This document shows positions 1 through 11,633 of a stretch of 64,000 nucleotides of DNA, piece by piece. The notes under the pieces were generated by a model, which worked only from the letters and a program-made list of their open reading frames with translations, was not told where the DNA came from and did not search any database. Origin of the DNA: Octopus vulgaris (lineage: Eukaryota); contig OX597830.1 of NCBI GenBank assembly GCA_951406725.2, positions 40,796,001 through 40,860,000 of the forward strand. The letters are read 5' to 3'. The position numbers and the translations under genes were made by a program. Within the stretch, counting starts at the first letter, position 1. Every line of letters starts with the position of its first letter.

Positions 1-274
1 ATAGCTCACACTCTTAACCACTACGCCACATGCCTGTGGGCATGTGGTGTAGTGGTTAACAACAAACAAGATGAGGACAAATATCCGTCAAATGTACATA
101 ATGTACATAATTCCTCATCTCTCAAATATAGAACTGTAGAACTTGTTTTATCAAGCTTCAAAAGGATGAAAAGCAAAGTCAGTCCTGGAATTTGAACTTC
201 AAATGTAATGATATAGAAGAAATGCTGCTGAGCAGTTTGTCTCTAATACTAACAATTCTGCCAACATACCACCC

Positions 275-329
<55 letters not shown>

Positions 330-1498
330 TATAAATGAATAAATAAATTAATTAGCTTTGTGGATTTAGTTTCAGGGCTTTCTTGTAGTGCATATTTTAG
401 TGAAGAAGAAACAGATTCAGAATTGCAAAAATGTTTACGACATCAACATGCATTATCATTCAGAATAATGAAATCGGTAAATGTTTGTGTTCCGAAACAC
501 ATGGATTAATCATGTATGAGGGACATGATCCCAGTTACATGATTAATTCAAATGGTGGAATTTTAGCAAAACAGTAAAATCTGAAGTAGAAAGAAAAAAA
601 AAGATGGATGGGGGGGTGGGGATTATGTGTAAATATAGTACTATTTAATTGTATACTTTCAGATTAGTGATCAAGTTTGTATAATTCATGCCTGCATAGA
701 GCGATAATTAAAATGATGATGATGATGATGATGATGATGCTGATAGGTAGGATGAGGGGGTGGTGATGAGGAGGACGGTTTTACTAATGCGGTGGCATTT
801 TGCAGCAGAGATAATAATAATAACAATAGAAATATTGATGGGGGGAGGAAAAGATGGGGGTGAAGGATGACGAGGAGGAGAAGCTGCCAAGGAGAAGGAA
901 ATAGTGATGATGAAGAGGAGGATGGTGACAATAGTAGTGATGACAGCGGTGAAGAAGAAGAAGAAGGTGATAACAACAATAGTGATGATGACGAGGAGGA
1001 GGAGGAGGAGGAGGATTATGACTGTGATGATGAGGGATTGTTGAGACAGCAATAAATGTTAGGAGAGATGCATTTACTTACAGTGTAGAAACACAGTTGA
1101 ATGGATGGAACCAACAAATAAAAGAAGGAAGAAGGAATGGAAAAGAAAGAAAGAAAGAAAGGAAAGAAAGAAATAAAGGAAGGAAGGAAGGAAAGGGAGG
1201 AAGAAAGGACTCTATAACAGAGAAAGGGAGAAAAGAGGGAAGAAAGACAAAAGGAAAAAAAGAGAGAGAAATAAGGCAGAAAAAAGCAAAGTAAAAAAAA
1301 AGGCAGAAAGAGATAATGGAAAGCAAAAAAGAAAGAAAGAAAGAAAGAAAGAAAAGGAAAACTAATTTGAACAGAAAACAGGCTCAAATCCTAGCTGGGT
1401 TGACTTAGCCTTTCATCCTTTTGAGGGAGAGATAACAATCAATGAAACTCTATAGTTGATCAAATTGACTTTCCACCCCACCCACAAAATTTTGTGGC

Positions 1499-1885
1499 TC
1501 TGGACCTTTTTAAATTCCATTTGAAATGGAAAGAGAAAGTTGAGAGAGACATGCTGATGCCTCCCCAGCAGATTTGTTGAAAGGTGGGCGATTGTGGTGA
1601 GGATGGCTCATGTGAGTGGGTCCACTCTAAGCTGGCACCCTTTAAAGCTGAGGAATTCAGAGGAGAGAGAGGAGCAGTTGCAATGCTACTTCCAGTGGTC
1701 CGGGGTCTATCGAGTTCTTTGGTTGGCCTTGAGTGACATTCAACCTATTGGGGATTTTGTTTGCTAAGATTTTTTGCAAACTGATAATGTTTTACTGTTG
1801 ATGCATTTCTATGTAAACCCCAAATGGCTTTTCTGTTTGATTTGTCCTAAATGTTTTTGCAGCCCTTGTGGCCAATAAAGAAAGA
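1499..1885 (+). mobile_element. 3' fragment of an L1/Tx1-like LINE (degenerate ORF2 C-terminus plus 3'UTR)
   Basis: Frameshifted translation LDLFKFHLKWKEKVERDML.../PSRFVERWAIVVRMAHVSGSTL resembles Tx1-type ORF2 ends. The fragment ends in AGCCCTTGTGGCCAATAAAGAAA. Confidence 0.45.
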
Positions 1886-1898
1886 ATTATTTATTACC

Positions 1899-2266
1899 AT
1901 TACATCTGCCTTAGCGAAAGCAGAGGTATTGTTTTCAGTCATATTTGTTTGTTTGTCCATGGACAAGATATCTCAAGAACTGCTGGATGGATTCAGATGA
2001 AACTTTCAGGGATGTTTGGCATCACGACTGGCACAAACTGGTTAGATTTGGGGATTGATCTGGTACCAGACAAGGATTCTGGATCATTTTTCTGGGGTTT
2101 TTTTTAATTTAATTTTTGAGAGCAGTTGGGTTCATTTTTTAGTATTCTCATTTGTAAGAGCAGTCGAGTTTATTTCAGATATTCTGATTTTAAAAAATCA
2201 TCTCTGGCTAATCATTGAGAAGACGATGGTGTTACCTTGGCAGAGGTTTGCACTCTCTGAATGCTC

Positions 2267-2268
<2 letters not shown>
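1899..2268 (+). mobile_element. Helentron/DINE-1-like non-autonomous element
   Basis: 5' subTIR with local palindrome ACATCTGCC-TTAGCGAA-AGCAGAGGT, a (GTTT)n tract, 3' subTIR GGCAGAGGT and terminal hairpin GCACTC-TCT-GAATGC. Homologous copies lie at 12181-12549 and 57495-57810. Confidence 0.65.
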
Positions 2269-2317
<49 letters not shown>

Positions 2318-2318
<1 letters not shown>

Positions 2319-2520
2319 AGTAGTGAGCTGGCAGAATTGTTAGCACACTGGGCAAAATGCTTAGTGGCAGGTCACCTGTCTTCACATTTGGAGTTCAAAT
2401 TCCACTTAGGTCGACTTTGCCTTTCATCCTTTCGGGGTCGATGAAATAAGTACCAGTGAAACACTGGGGTCAATGTAATCAACTTACCTTCTCCCCACAA
2501 AATTTCAGGCCTTGTGCCAG
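2318..2520 (+). mobile_element. SINE family 2 copy (tRNA-derived head, Meta-domain-like core)
   Basis: GAGCTGGCAGAATTGTTAGC...GAGTTCAAATTCC...GCCTTTCATCCTTTCGGGGTCGATGAAATAAGTACCAG. Many copies in the window; this one is preceded by (TTA)n. Confidence 0.75.
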
Positions 2521-2870
2521 CCTGGAGTTGATGGGGGAGGCGAAGGTGGGAAGGAGGGGAGGAGAAGAGGAGAAGCTGAGGATGAAAAGAGGAGGAAGAA
2601 AAGAGGAAGAGGAGGAATAAATGAGGAAGAGGAGGAAGAAATGAGGAAGAGGAAGAAAGAGGAGGAGAAAAGTGGATGGGAGGAGGGGAAGGAAGACAGG
2701 AAGGAGGAGGAAAGAGGAAGAGGAGAAGGAGAAAAGGAGGGGAAGGGGAGGAGGAGTAAAAGTGGTGGAGGAAAAGAGGAGGGTGGGTAGAGAAGTAAAG
2801 TGGAGGAGGAGGAGGGAAAGATGAGGCGGAGGGGAGGAGGGAAAGAGAGAGAGGAGGTGTAGGGACAGAT
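2520..2870. repeat. Polypurine (GA-rich) low-complexity tract
   Basis: Near-continuous GAG/GGA/GAA sequence. Confidence 0.85.
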
Positions 2871-3168
2871 AATTATGATGCTGCTGACAATGATGATGAT
2901 TATGATGACGATTATGATGATGATGGCACCCCAACTCCCTCCCCACCCCTAACCCACCCCAGAACCCTAATATACTCAGTAAATTCTTCCTGAAATAATA
3001 TGCTTCTTTAAAAAAAAAAACAGAATTCCATAAAGCTGTATGTGTAAAAGCAAGCTTTGAGATTAAATGGGATTAAGTAATACAGGAGTTTCAGAATTTT
3101 TTTGGGGGTGTTGCAGGGGGAGGTGTAATAAAGAAACCTTATTCCAAAATAACAGGCAAATGATATGA

Positions 3169-3169
<1 letters not shown>

Positions 3170-3236
<67 letters not shown>

Positions 3237-3754
3237 CAATCTATTTGTGCCTTTTTCATAAGTAAATGTATGTATGTATGTATGTATGTATGTATATATT
3301 TTTGTATGTATGTACGTATGTATATGTGTATGTATGTATGTATGTATGTATGTATGTATGTATGTACGTATGTATGTATGTGTGTATTTTTGTATGTATG
3401 TATGTATGTATGTATATGTGTGTGTATGTATGTATGTATGTATGTATGTATGTATGTATGTATGTATGTATGTATGTATGTATGTATGTATGTATGTATG
3501 TATGTACGTATGTATATGTGTGTGTATGTATGTGTGTATGTATGTATGTATGTATGTATGTATGTATGTATGTATGTACGTATGTATATGTGTGTGTATG
3601 TATGTGTGTATGTATGTATGTATGTACGTATGTATGTGTGTGTATGTATGTGTGTGTGTATGTATGTGTGTATGTATGTATGTATGTATGTATGCATGTG
3701 TGTATGTATGTATGTATTTTTGTATGTATGTATGTATGTACGTATGTATATGTG

Positions 3755-3786
<32 letters not shown>

Positions 3787-3975
3787 TGTACGTATGTATA
3801 TGTGTGTGTATGTATGTATGTGTGTATGTATGTATGTATGTATGTATGTATGTATGTATATATGTATGTATGTATGTATGTATATATGTATGCATGTATG
3901 TATGTATGGAAGCATGCACACATATTCAGATACACACACAGATGAAGTGAGAGAGAGAGAGAGAGAGAGAGAGAT
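3170..3975. repeat. Compound microsatellite (TG)n / (TATG)n / (GA)n
   Basis: Directly visible. It is the source of the YIHT/MYVC ORFs. Confidence 0.97.
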
Positions 3976-4371
3976 GAATAGAAAAATATGTGTGCGAATG
4001 TGTGAAAGTATATGGGTGGGGAGGCATGTGAATGTATACACACATAAGTGTACGTGTGAATAAACACATGTATGTAAATAGTAGATTAAGGAAATTATAT
4101 ACATCAAAGGACAACAGCACACCATTTATAGACTTGAAATACGTGTGTGCATGTGTGCGTGCACATACATATGCCTGCATGTGTGTGTGTGTGTGTCTAT
4201 TCAAACATATATATGTCATTTAATACTCACAGGATTTAAAACTGAGCCACTGTAAGTTTCATGCTTAAGATAGTACAATAGTCTGACAAGCTTCTATAGC
4301 ACGATGTTCTATCAAGCAATCTTTCAGATTCTCAGTCTCACAAATATCCCAACAGTACATATTATGCTATC

Positions 4372-4835
4372 CAATAAACCCTCACCGTATTGCACTTCAC
4401 CTATTGCGCCCTCAGTACATCGTGGTTCACCTATCGTGCACACAGTACATCGTGGATTTTTCTGGCTAATATATGTAAATTTATATTGCGGACTCCTCAA
4501 TATATCTGGGATTCTGTGGCCGATAGGTATTTATATTTTTTTGGATTTTAATTATTTCTCATTTCTTTATTGCCCACAAGGGGCTAAACAAGGACAGACA
4601 AAGTTATTAAGTCGATTACATCAACCCCAGTGTGTAACTGATACTTAATTTATCGACCCCGAAAGGATGAAAGCAAAGTCGACCTCGGCGGAATTTGAAC
4701 TCAGAATGTAAAAACAGACGAGATACCACTAAGCATTTCACTCGGTGTGTTAACGTTTCTGCCAGCTTGCTGCCTTTTAATTATTTCTGTGGGAGGTTTT
4801 GGAACGTAACACCTGCAATAGTCGAGGGATTACTG
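4372..4835. mobile_element. Tigger/pogo-like MITE nested in the 4230-4903 element
   Basis: Degenerate TIRs CAATAAACCCTCACCGTATTGC / GCAATAGTCGAGGGATTACTG, followed by TA. Confidence 0.5.
4560..4774 (-). mobile_element. SINE family 2 copy with 14 bp TSD
   Basis: Full head-to-tail copy on the minus strand. TTTTAATTATTTCT is duplicated at 4546-4559 and 4775-4788. Confidence 0.85.
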
Positions 4836-5129
4836 TACAAACTTGTCTGACTATAGTACATACCATAAGCATGAAACTCAGAGTAACTGAATTTTAAAGC
4901 CTGTATATATTGGTTTCAAATGTCGGCACAAAGCCAGCAATTTCAGGGGAGCAGGGTAAATTGATTATATTGACCCTACTGTTCAACTGGTACTTATTTT
5001 ATTGACCCCCAAAAAGATGAAAGGTAATGTTGACCTTGGTGGGATTTGAACTCAGAACATAAAGCTGGACAAATTACTGCTAAGCATTTTTTCAGCATGC
5101 TAATGATTCTGTCAGTTCGCTGAGAAAAG

Positions 5130-5388
5130 TAATGGTAAAGTTATCTCCTCAAGTCATACTGACTCATAAAGGCCAGTTTCCCGATTTCCATGGCATATAT
5201 ATTCTTTAACTGGACAGGAACCTGGTCCATTGCAGGATTGCACATTTTTGTCAGTTGAGTGGACTGGAGCAACATGAAATGAAGTGTCTTGTCCAAAAAC
5301 ACAACATGTTGCCTAGTCCAGGAATCGAAACCACAATCTTACAATCATGAGTCCAACACCCTAACCACTAAGCCATGCACCTCCACAC
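5130..5388 (-). mobile_element. tRNA-derived SINE family 4
   Basis: Minus strand A-box TGGCTTAGTGG and B-box GGTTTCGATTCC, then body ...GCTCCAGTCCACTCAACTG. A related copy lies at 37925-38235. Confidence 0.7.
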
Positions 5389-5745
5389 CAGCTCACTGCC
5401 TTCCTCATGTATATTACATATTTATCTCTCGCCAGATGGAGTAGTTTTTCTTTTGTTGATTCCACTGTATTTTTGTGTTTGTCACCTACCACTACTTGAC
5501 AACTTGTGTTGGTTTGTTTATGTCCCCATACATTAGCAGTTTGGCAACAAGCATGATAGAATAAGTACCAGGCTTCAAAGGAAACAATAAGTAATGGGTT
5601 CAATTTATTCAACTAAGCCCCTTCTAAGCAATGCTCTAACATGGCTGCAGTCCAATGACTGAAACAAGTAAAAGATATAACACACACACACACACACATA
5701 CACACATAATATATTAGAGAATGCTGAAATAAGCATAGTATAGAT

Positions 5746-6293
5746 CAGGCCTGGCCAACTTGAATTACATTGCAGGCCACTTTAATCACAGAATGTTTTT
5801 TGAGGGCACTTGTGTACTGACAGAATTGAGAACATTTTGTTTTCTCATGCTATTATTACAATAATGAATGAATGATCGTAGATTCAACATGAAATATTAT
5901 CATTGCAAAATCAATAGTATCTTTCTTTTTTACTTTTCCTTACAATCTTTAATTTTTGATAAAATTTTTTAAATATTTATTTAACCCTTTCATTACTGTA
6001 TTTATTTTGAGATGATCTGTGTTTCTTTCAATTACTTTGACTATAACAAAGAATTTAGTAAAATAACTTAGTTATCATTAAGCTAGTGATAGGAACATAA
6101 ATTGTGACTAAGGTTTGGTGGAAGATTTTAATTCAAAACTTATGAAAACAAGACATTTGTACTCAGAACCGGTTTCAGCCGGGTTGGTAACAAAAGAATT
6201 AAATAAACACATTTCAAGAAAGTATCAAGTGGGCTGCAAGATAAAAGTCTGCAGGCTGCATGTGGCCTGTGGACCTCAGGTTGGCCAACACTG
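5746..6293. mobile_element. hAT (Charlie-like) MITE
   Basis: TIRs CAGGCCTGGCCAAC / GTTGGCCAACACTG. 8 bp TSD GTATAGAT (5738-5745) vs GTATATAT (6294-6301). Confidence 0.7.
5985..6198. mobile_element. piggyBac-type MITE (family A) nested in the hAT MITE
   Basis: TTAA on both sides and a CCCTTT terminus. Homologous to 19257-19476 and 19508-19725. Confidence 0.75.
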
Positions 6294-6489
6294 GTATATA
6301 TAGTCACCAGGCTGTGCTCAGATAAATCTAAAACTTAAGACTTCAATTCTTTCATCCATGCGTATCTCTGTTCACATTTGTGCTTCTATAAAGGTCATTA
6401 CAAGCAGTTCTGTTGTGGTCACCTTCTGACAATAAATTGTCTGCTTGCATTGTCCCTCAGCACCTGTGAGTGTGTGTGCATGCATGTAT

Positions 6490-7198
6490 GTATGTATGTC
6501 ATTATTCAGTTTTATTTTAATATTTCTTGTCAATAGAGAAACAGCCAGTTTCTAACCTAGATTCAAGGCGCTTTCATTGGAATTTCAACATTAACAACAG
6601 GGTATTTTTGCATGTATGTATATGTGCAGATTTGTATGTTTTGTTTTATGTATGTCTTCTCATGAATATGCTTGCGTATCTTGTATGCATGTATGTCATT
6701 ATTCAGTCTATTTCAAAATTTCTTGCCAATAGTGAAAAAACTAGTTCCTAACCTAGATCCAAGGTTCCTTCATTGGAATTTCAACATCAACAACAGGGTA
6801 TTTTCGTATGTATGTATGTATGTATGTATGTATGTATGTATGTATGTATGTATGTATGTATGTATGTATGTGTGTGTGTGTGTATGTGTATGTGTGTGTG
6901 TGTGAGTATGTATGCATGGATGGATGGATGCATGCATGCATGTATGTGTAGATTTGTATGTTTTATGTATGTATTCTCATGCATATAGTTGTATATCTAG
7001 ACATACTCATATATATTTAAATGATAAACTTCTGGAAAGTTTTACAGATTTTCACAGTTCCACTGAAGGATTGGATCTGTAGTCTTTGAATCAGCTTTCT
7101 CCTTTCTGGTTTTGAGAAGCCTAATTTCTCAAGATTGGTATTTAGGCAGTGTGTTATATACCCCAGGGCCACAATAATTACAGTTATGAACCTGAACT
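6490..7198 (-). mobile_element. 3' end of an RLE-type non-LTR retrotransposon with duplicated 3'UTR, embedded in (CATA)n
   Basis: Minus strand 7198-7017 translates FRFITVIIVALGYITHCLNTNLEKLGFSKPERRKLIQRLQIQSFSGTVKICKTFQKFII*, matching the PIIIGALG...GT C-terminal pattern of RLE LINEs. A 3'UTR block is repeated at ~6498-6610 and ~6695-6805. Confidence 0.65.
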
Positions 7199-8149
7199 AT
7201 GTATGTATGTATTTTTGTGCGTATGTATTTTTGTTTGTGTGTATGCATTTTTGTATGTATGTATGTATGTATGTATGTATGTATGTATGTATGTATGTAT
7301 GCATGCATGCATGTGTCATCATTGTTAAGGTACTCTTTTCCATGCTTGCATAGATGAGAAAATATTGAGGCAGGTGTTCTATAGCTGGATACTCTTCCTG
7401 TTACCAACCCTCACTTGCTTCCAAAAAGGTAATATCACCATGACTGGATTCATTTTCACCATACTGGAAACAAAGAATATTACCTGTTTGACATTCATGC
7501 TTGTTTACAATAATTGTGAGATGTCAAAGTAAAGAGACTCAAACACACACATACGCACACGTGTGGTTGTGCTATTTACCATCATCATCATCATCTTCAT
7601 TGTTTTACTGACCACTCTCCCATCCTTGCATGGATCGGACAGAATTCGTTGAGGTGGATTTTCTACAGCTGGATGCCCTTCCTGTCAAAAACCCTCACCT
7701 GTTTCCAAGCAAGGTAATATTTCCTCATGACTAGACATGTTTTCACAGAAGATTGAAAATAAAGGACACTCCTTGCTTGACAGTGACAATCATTTACAAT
7801 TATTATGTAATTTCAATTCAGAGATACAAACACACACACGCACACACACACACAATATGGATAGGTGAACCAATGAGTATGAATGTGTGTGCGTATGTGT
7901 ACATAAGTGAAAGATGTGAATGTGAAGGAGGGGTGGCCTAAGAGGGGTATGTACATGTGTATATAAAAGCTGTGTTAATGTGTACAGAGATGCGAGTGAG
8001 TGTGATGTGGTGAGGAGTGAAATATGGGTAGTGAGGGAGGATGAGCTGCAAGTGCTAGAGTGAGGTATAGGTGGAGATGAAAGGGAGGATTGAAGAAGAG
8101 AAGGAAGCAGGGAATGCTGTATGTAATTCTAAAGTAGGTGAGGGGAGTA

Positions 8150-8760
8150 CAAGTAAGGAAAACTGAAGGGGTGAATTTGGACCAAAAGACATGTAAGTTT
8201 TGACAAAAAAGATGAATTCCTGTCCCTTCTGGAAGCAAGTAGTTGAAGATCCCATGCTGGAGGCCAAGCTAAGGACCGAGAAATATTTCATGGAGTGATC
8301 AGTGGGGTAGAGATATCAAGATATCAATGTAGGTCTCTCGGGTTCTCTACAAAGTTGTTAGACAACTGCAGCCGGTTTGCCCAATGTAAACAGACATGCT
8401 GTGGAGACATTGGAGTGTCTATATGAAGGGCACCAGAAAATGCCCTTAATGTGGAAGGTAGAGTGGTTGGTTCATGTATGGGTGATGGTGTTGGGAAAGG
8501 GTGGGTATGGAAGCAGAGATTGGAGATCCAGGTGGCGGATAGGATGTGGAAAAGGAAGAGCTGTGGATGAGGAGGCTGCATAGGTTGTAGACATGCTTAA
8601 TAGAAGGAAGGGATGGGAGAGGGAAAAAACCAGAGATGTCAAGGCCAGATTGGAAGAAGTAGAATTAGTAGATGGCACACTGGAGAGGCAGAGAGTCAGG
8701 ATGCTGAGTATGAAGGGAAGCAGTGGGATATGTTCCAGATGTAGGGTGTGAGGGCTGAGA
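8150..8760 (-). mobile_element. Penelope-like element remnant (linker plus GIY-YIG endonuclease)
   Basis: Frameshifted minus-strand motifs ...NLCSLLIHS..., VYIGQTG, LSNNFVENPRD and DHSMKYFSVLSL...GQEFIFFVKTYMSFGPN match the PLE pattern YIGxTGRxLxxRFxEH...HS...E..LIF.L.T..P.GLN. Confidence 0.7.
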
Positions 8761-9159
8761 TGGTGATCTTCTGATCAAACCTTGGGAATTATATTTTCAT
8801 TGCCTTTCCTAATTCTTGATACTATCGGTCAGTTGTAACTCCATTCTCTAATAGGGGGAGGATGTAAGTTTAGAAAAGAAAGAGCAGGAAGAAATACTGC
8901 AAGACATCTTTGTCAATGCTCTAATAAGTATGCTAATCCACTACACCGGACCCTGAGAAGATGAAAAACAAAGTTGGGTTTGGCAGGATTGGAACCCAGA
9001 ACGCAAAGAGTCAGAGCAATTATACCATGATACCATGAAGCATCCAGTCGAACACTCTAACACCTCTGCCACTTCACAAATACACACACACACATATATA
9101 TATATAATACATGTTTATATATACACACACATAAATATGTATACATGTACACATGTATG

Positions 9160-9231
<72 letters not shown>

Positions 9232-9616
9232 GTAGGTAGGTAGGTAGGTAGGTAGGTAGGTAGGTAGGTAGGTAGATAGATAGATAGATAGATAGATAGA
9301 CACATGAACAGACACATACACACACACACACATATATATGTATTGTTCTCGTTATATATCTCAATTCAATTGTATATTTTTTCATTTGAAGAATCAGTTT
9401 CTGTTTTCTTTTTTATTTTTTGTTGTTGTACTATTTTCATAAATATAATTTTCTTATTTGTTTTATATTGAACTTTCATTACAGAAACTTAATAGATTAA
9501 TGCTTTCATGCAACAGAAAAAAAAACACACACACATGGATATACATACACAGGCACATGATTCAATGCAAATTGAAGAAGACCAAAATAAAAAAATATAC
9601 ATACATATATATATAT

Positions 9617-9686
<70 letters not shown>

Positions 9687-10277
9687 TATTCATAATGGAA
9701 ATTCAACCTTTTAGCATTTGATATATGTAATTCTTCTTACTTATTTTTTCAAAATAATTGTCTTTTTCAATTGCATAGAAAAAAATAGACAAATAAATAT
9801 ATGTTAATAATAATCATAATAATAATAATAATAATAATCTGGATTTTTCGCTTGTATTACAAATATAATTTAGACATGTAGATTTTGATTCAAAATTGCA
9901 ATGTTTTAATTATGTTCGATCAATTTCCTTTTTTTATGGCACATGAAAAAGAAATTGGTTCCTAGATATATGCAGTTTGCTACAAATATAGTTGGTTAAT
10001 CAATTTTTAAATAAAACACAAGAAAATATGAGGAGGGGAAAAAAAAGAAATATCTCCAATACAAGTAAATAAATAGAAGTCTATGATTGGAAGGGGTATC
10101 TACACGAAGTAGTGTTTCTGACTTAACTGATGAAGAAGACGACTGCTATTGCTTACGACGTTTCTGTCTTTCTTTGTATTATTTATGCGTGAGTGTGTAT
10201 GCATGTGTGTGTGTGTGTGTGATTGGATGTAGTTCATAGTCAATGAAAAAGGGAGCACTCAATATATGAAATAGAGA

Positions 10278-10329
<52 letters not shown>

Positions 10330-10377
10330 ATGCATATATGTATGTATATGTATATATATATATATGTATATATATGG

Positions 10378-10543
<166 letters not shown>

Positions 10544-11205
10544 TAAATTTATAACAATCATACAGGCAGAACAGATTAGATACATATGCATGTATACAAA
10601 CACATAGTCATAGGCAAACACACATATATATATATATATATACACACATACATATATTTATGTACATACATACACATACACATTCATATATACATATCAT
10701 CATATATATAAATATATATATGTATGTATGTGTATATTTATGTATATATGTACATCACACACACACACACATACACACACATTAACAATGAGAAATGACT
10801 CGCTTTAATTCATTGTCAATCATTTTTGTCTACTTGAAAACAGTGACAGGCAATAAAAAGGGAATTTCAAAAATAATAAAAATATCAAAAATGTTTTTAA
10901 AAATTAAAAAAACAAAAAAACAAAAGAAAAAAAAACACACATTGAAAAGTTTCGAAAGATAAAATTTCACAGATTTTCAAGGAAAATATTGTCATGATTG
11001 AAATATTTATAAATACCAAAGAAAAATGAAAAGGTTTGATTAGAAAGACAGACAGCAGCAATCATTTAAATATTGCATGTCGCAATCTTTTCCTGTTTTC
11101 TTCTTTTTGGTTCAGTCAAAGAATCAGAAGTTTAGACGGAAGAAATATTCTCCACCATAAGAGAAGATACCAAATCTGGAATTTCCCAAGAAGTTGACAA
11201 AAGAC

Positions 11206-11370
11206 TGCAGGAGTGGCTGTGTGGTAAGTAGCTTGCTAACCAACCACACGGTTCCGGGTTCAGTCCCACTGCATGGCATCTTGGGCAAGTGTCTTCTACT
11301 ATAGCCCCGGGCCGACCAATGCCTTGTGAGTGGATTTGGTAGACGGAAACTGAAAGAAGCCTGTCGTATA

Positions 11371-11417
<47 letters not shown>

Positions 11418-11633
11418 TTGTGTATCTGTGTTTGTCCCCCTAGCATTGCTTGACAACCAATGCTGGTGTGTTTATGTCCCCGTCACTTAGCGGTTTGGCA
11501 AAAGAGACCAATAGAATAAGTACTGGGCTTACAATGAATAAGTCCCAGGGTCGAGTTGCTCGATTAAAGGCGATGCTCCAGCATGGTCGCAGTCAAATGA
11601 CTGAAACAAGTAAAAGAGTAAAAGAGTAAAGAG
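11206..11633 (+). mobile_element. SINE family 1, full length (tRNA head + internal microsatellite + tail)
   Basis: A-box TGGCTGTGTGG, B-box GGTTCAGTCCC, CTTGGGCAAGTG motif, internal (TA)n(TG)n, tail ...GACTGAAACAAGTAAAAGAG. Confidence 0.9.

Larger units (their letters stand above)
4230..4903. mobile_element. MITE with ~70 bp imperfect TIRs, hosting nested elements
   Basis: Left end CAGGATTTAAAACTGAGCCACTGTAAGTTTCATGCTTA...GACAAG matches the reverse complement of the right end, CAGGCTTTAAAATTCAGTTACTCTGAGTTTCATGCTTA...GACAAG. TA follows the right end. Confidence 0.65.

Noticed and set aside
867-1055. Acidic D/E-rich ORF
   Set aside because: Degenerate GAT/GAG/GAA triplet tract with no supported splice or domain context.
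3063-4125. Long YIHT/MYVC ORFs (also 10.2, 13.1, 29.1, 36.8 and 44-47 kb)
   Set aside because: They are translations of microsatellites.
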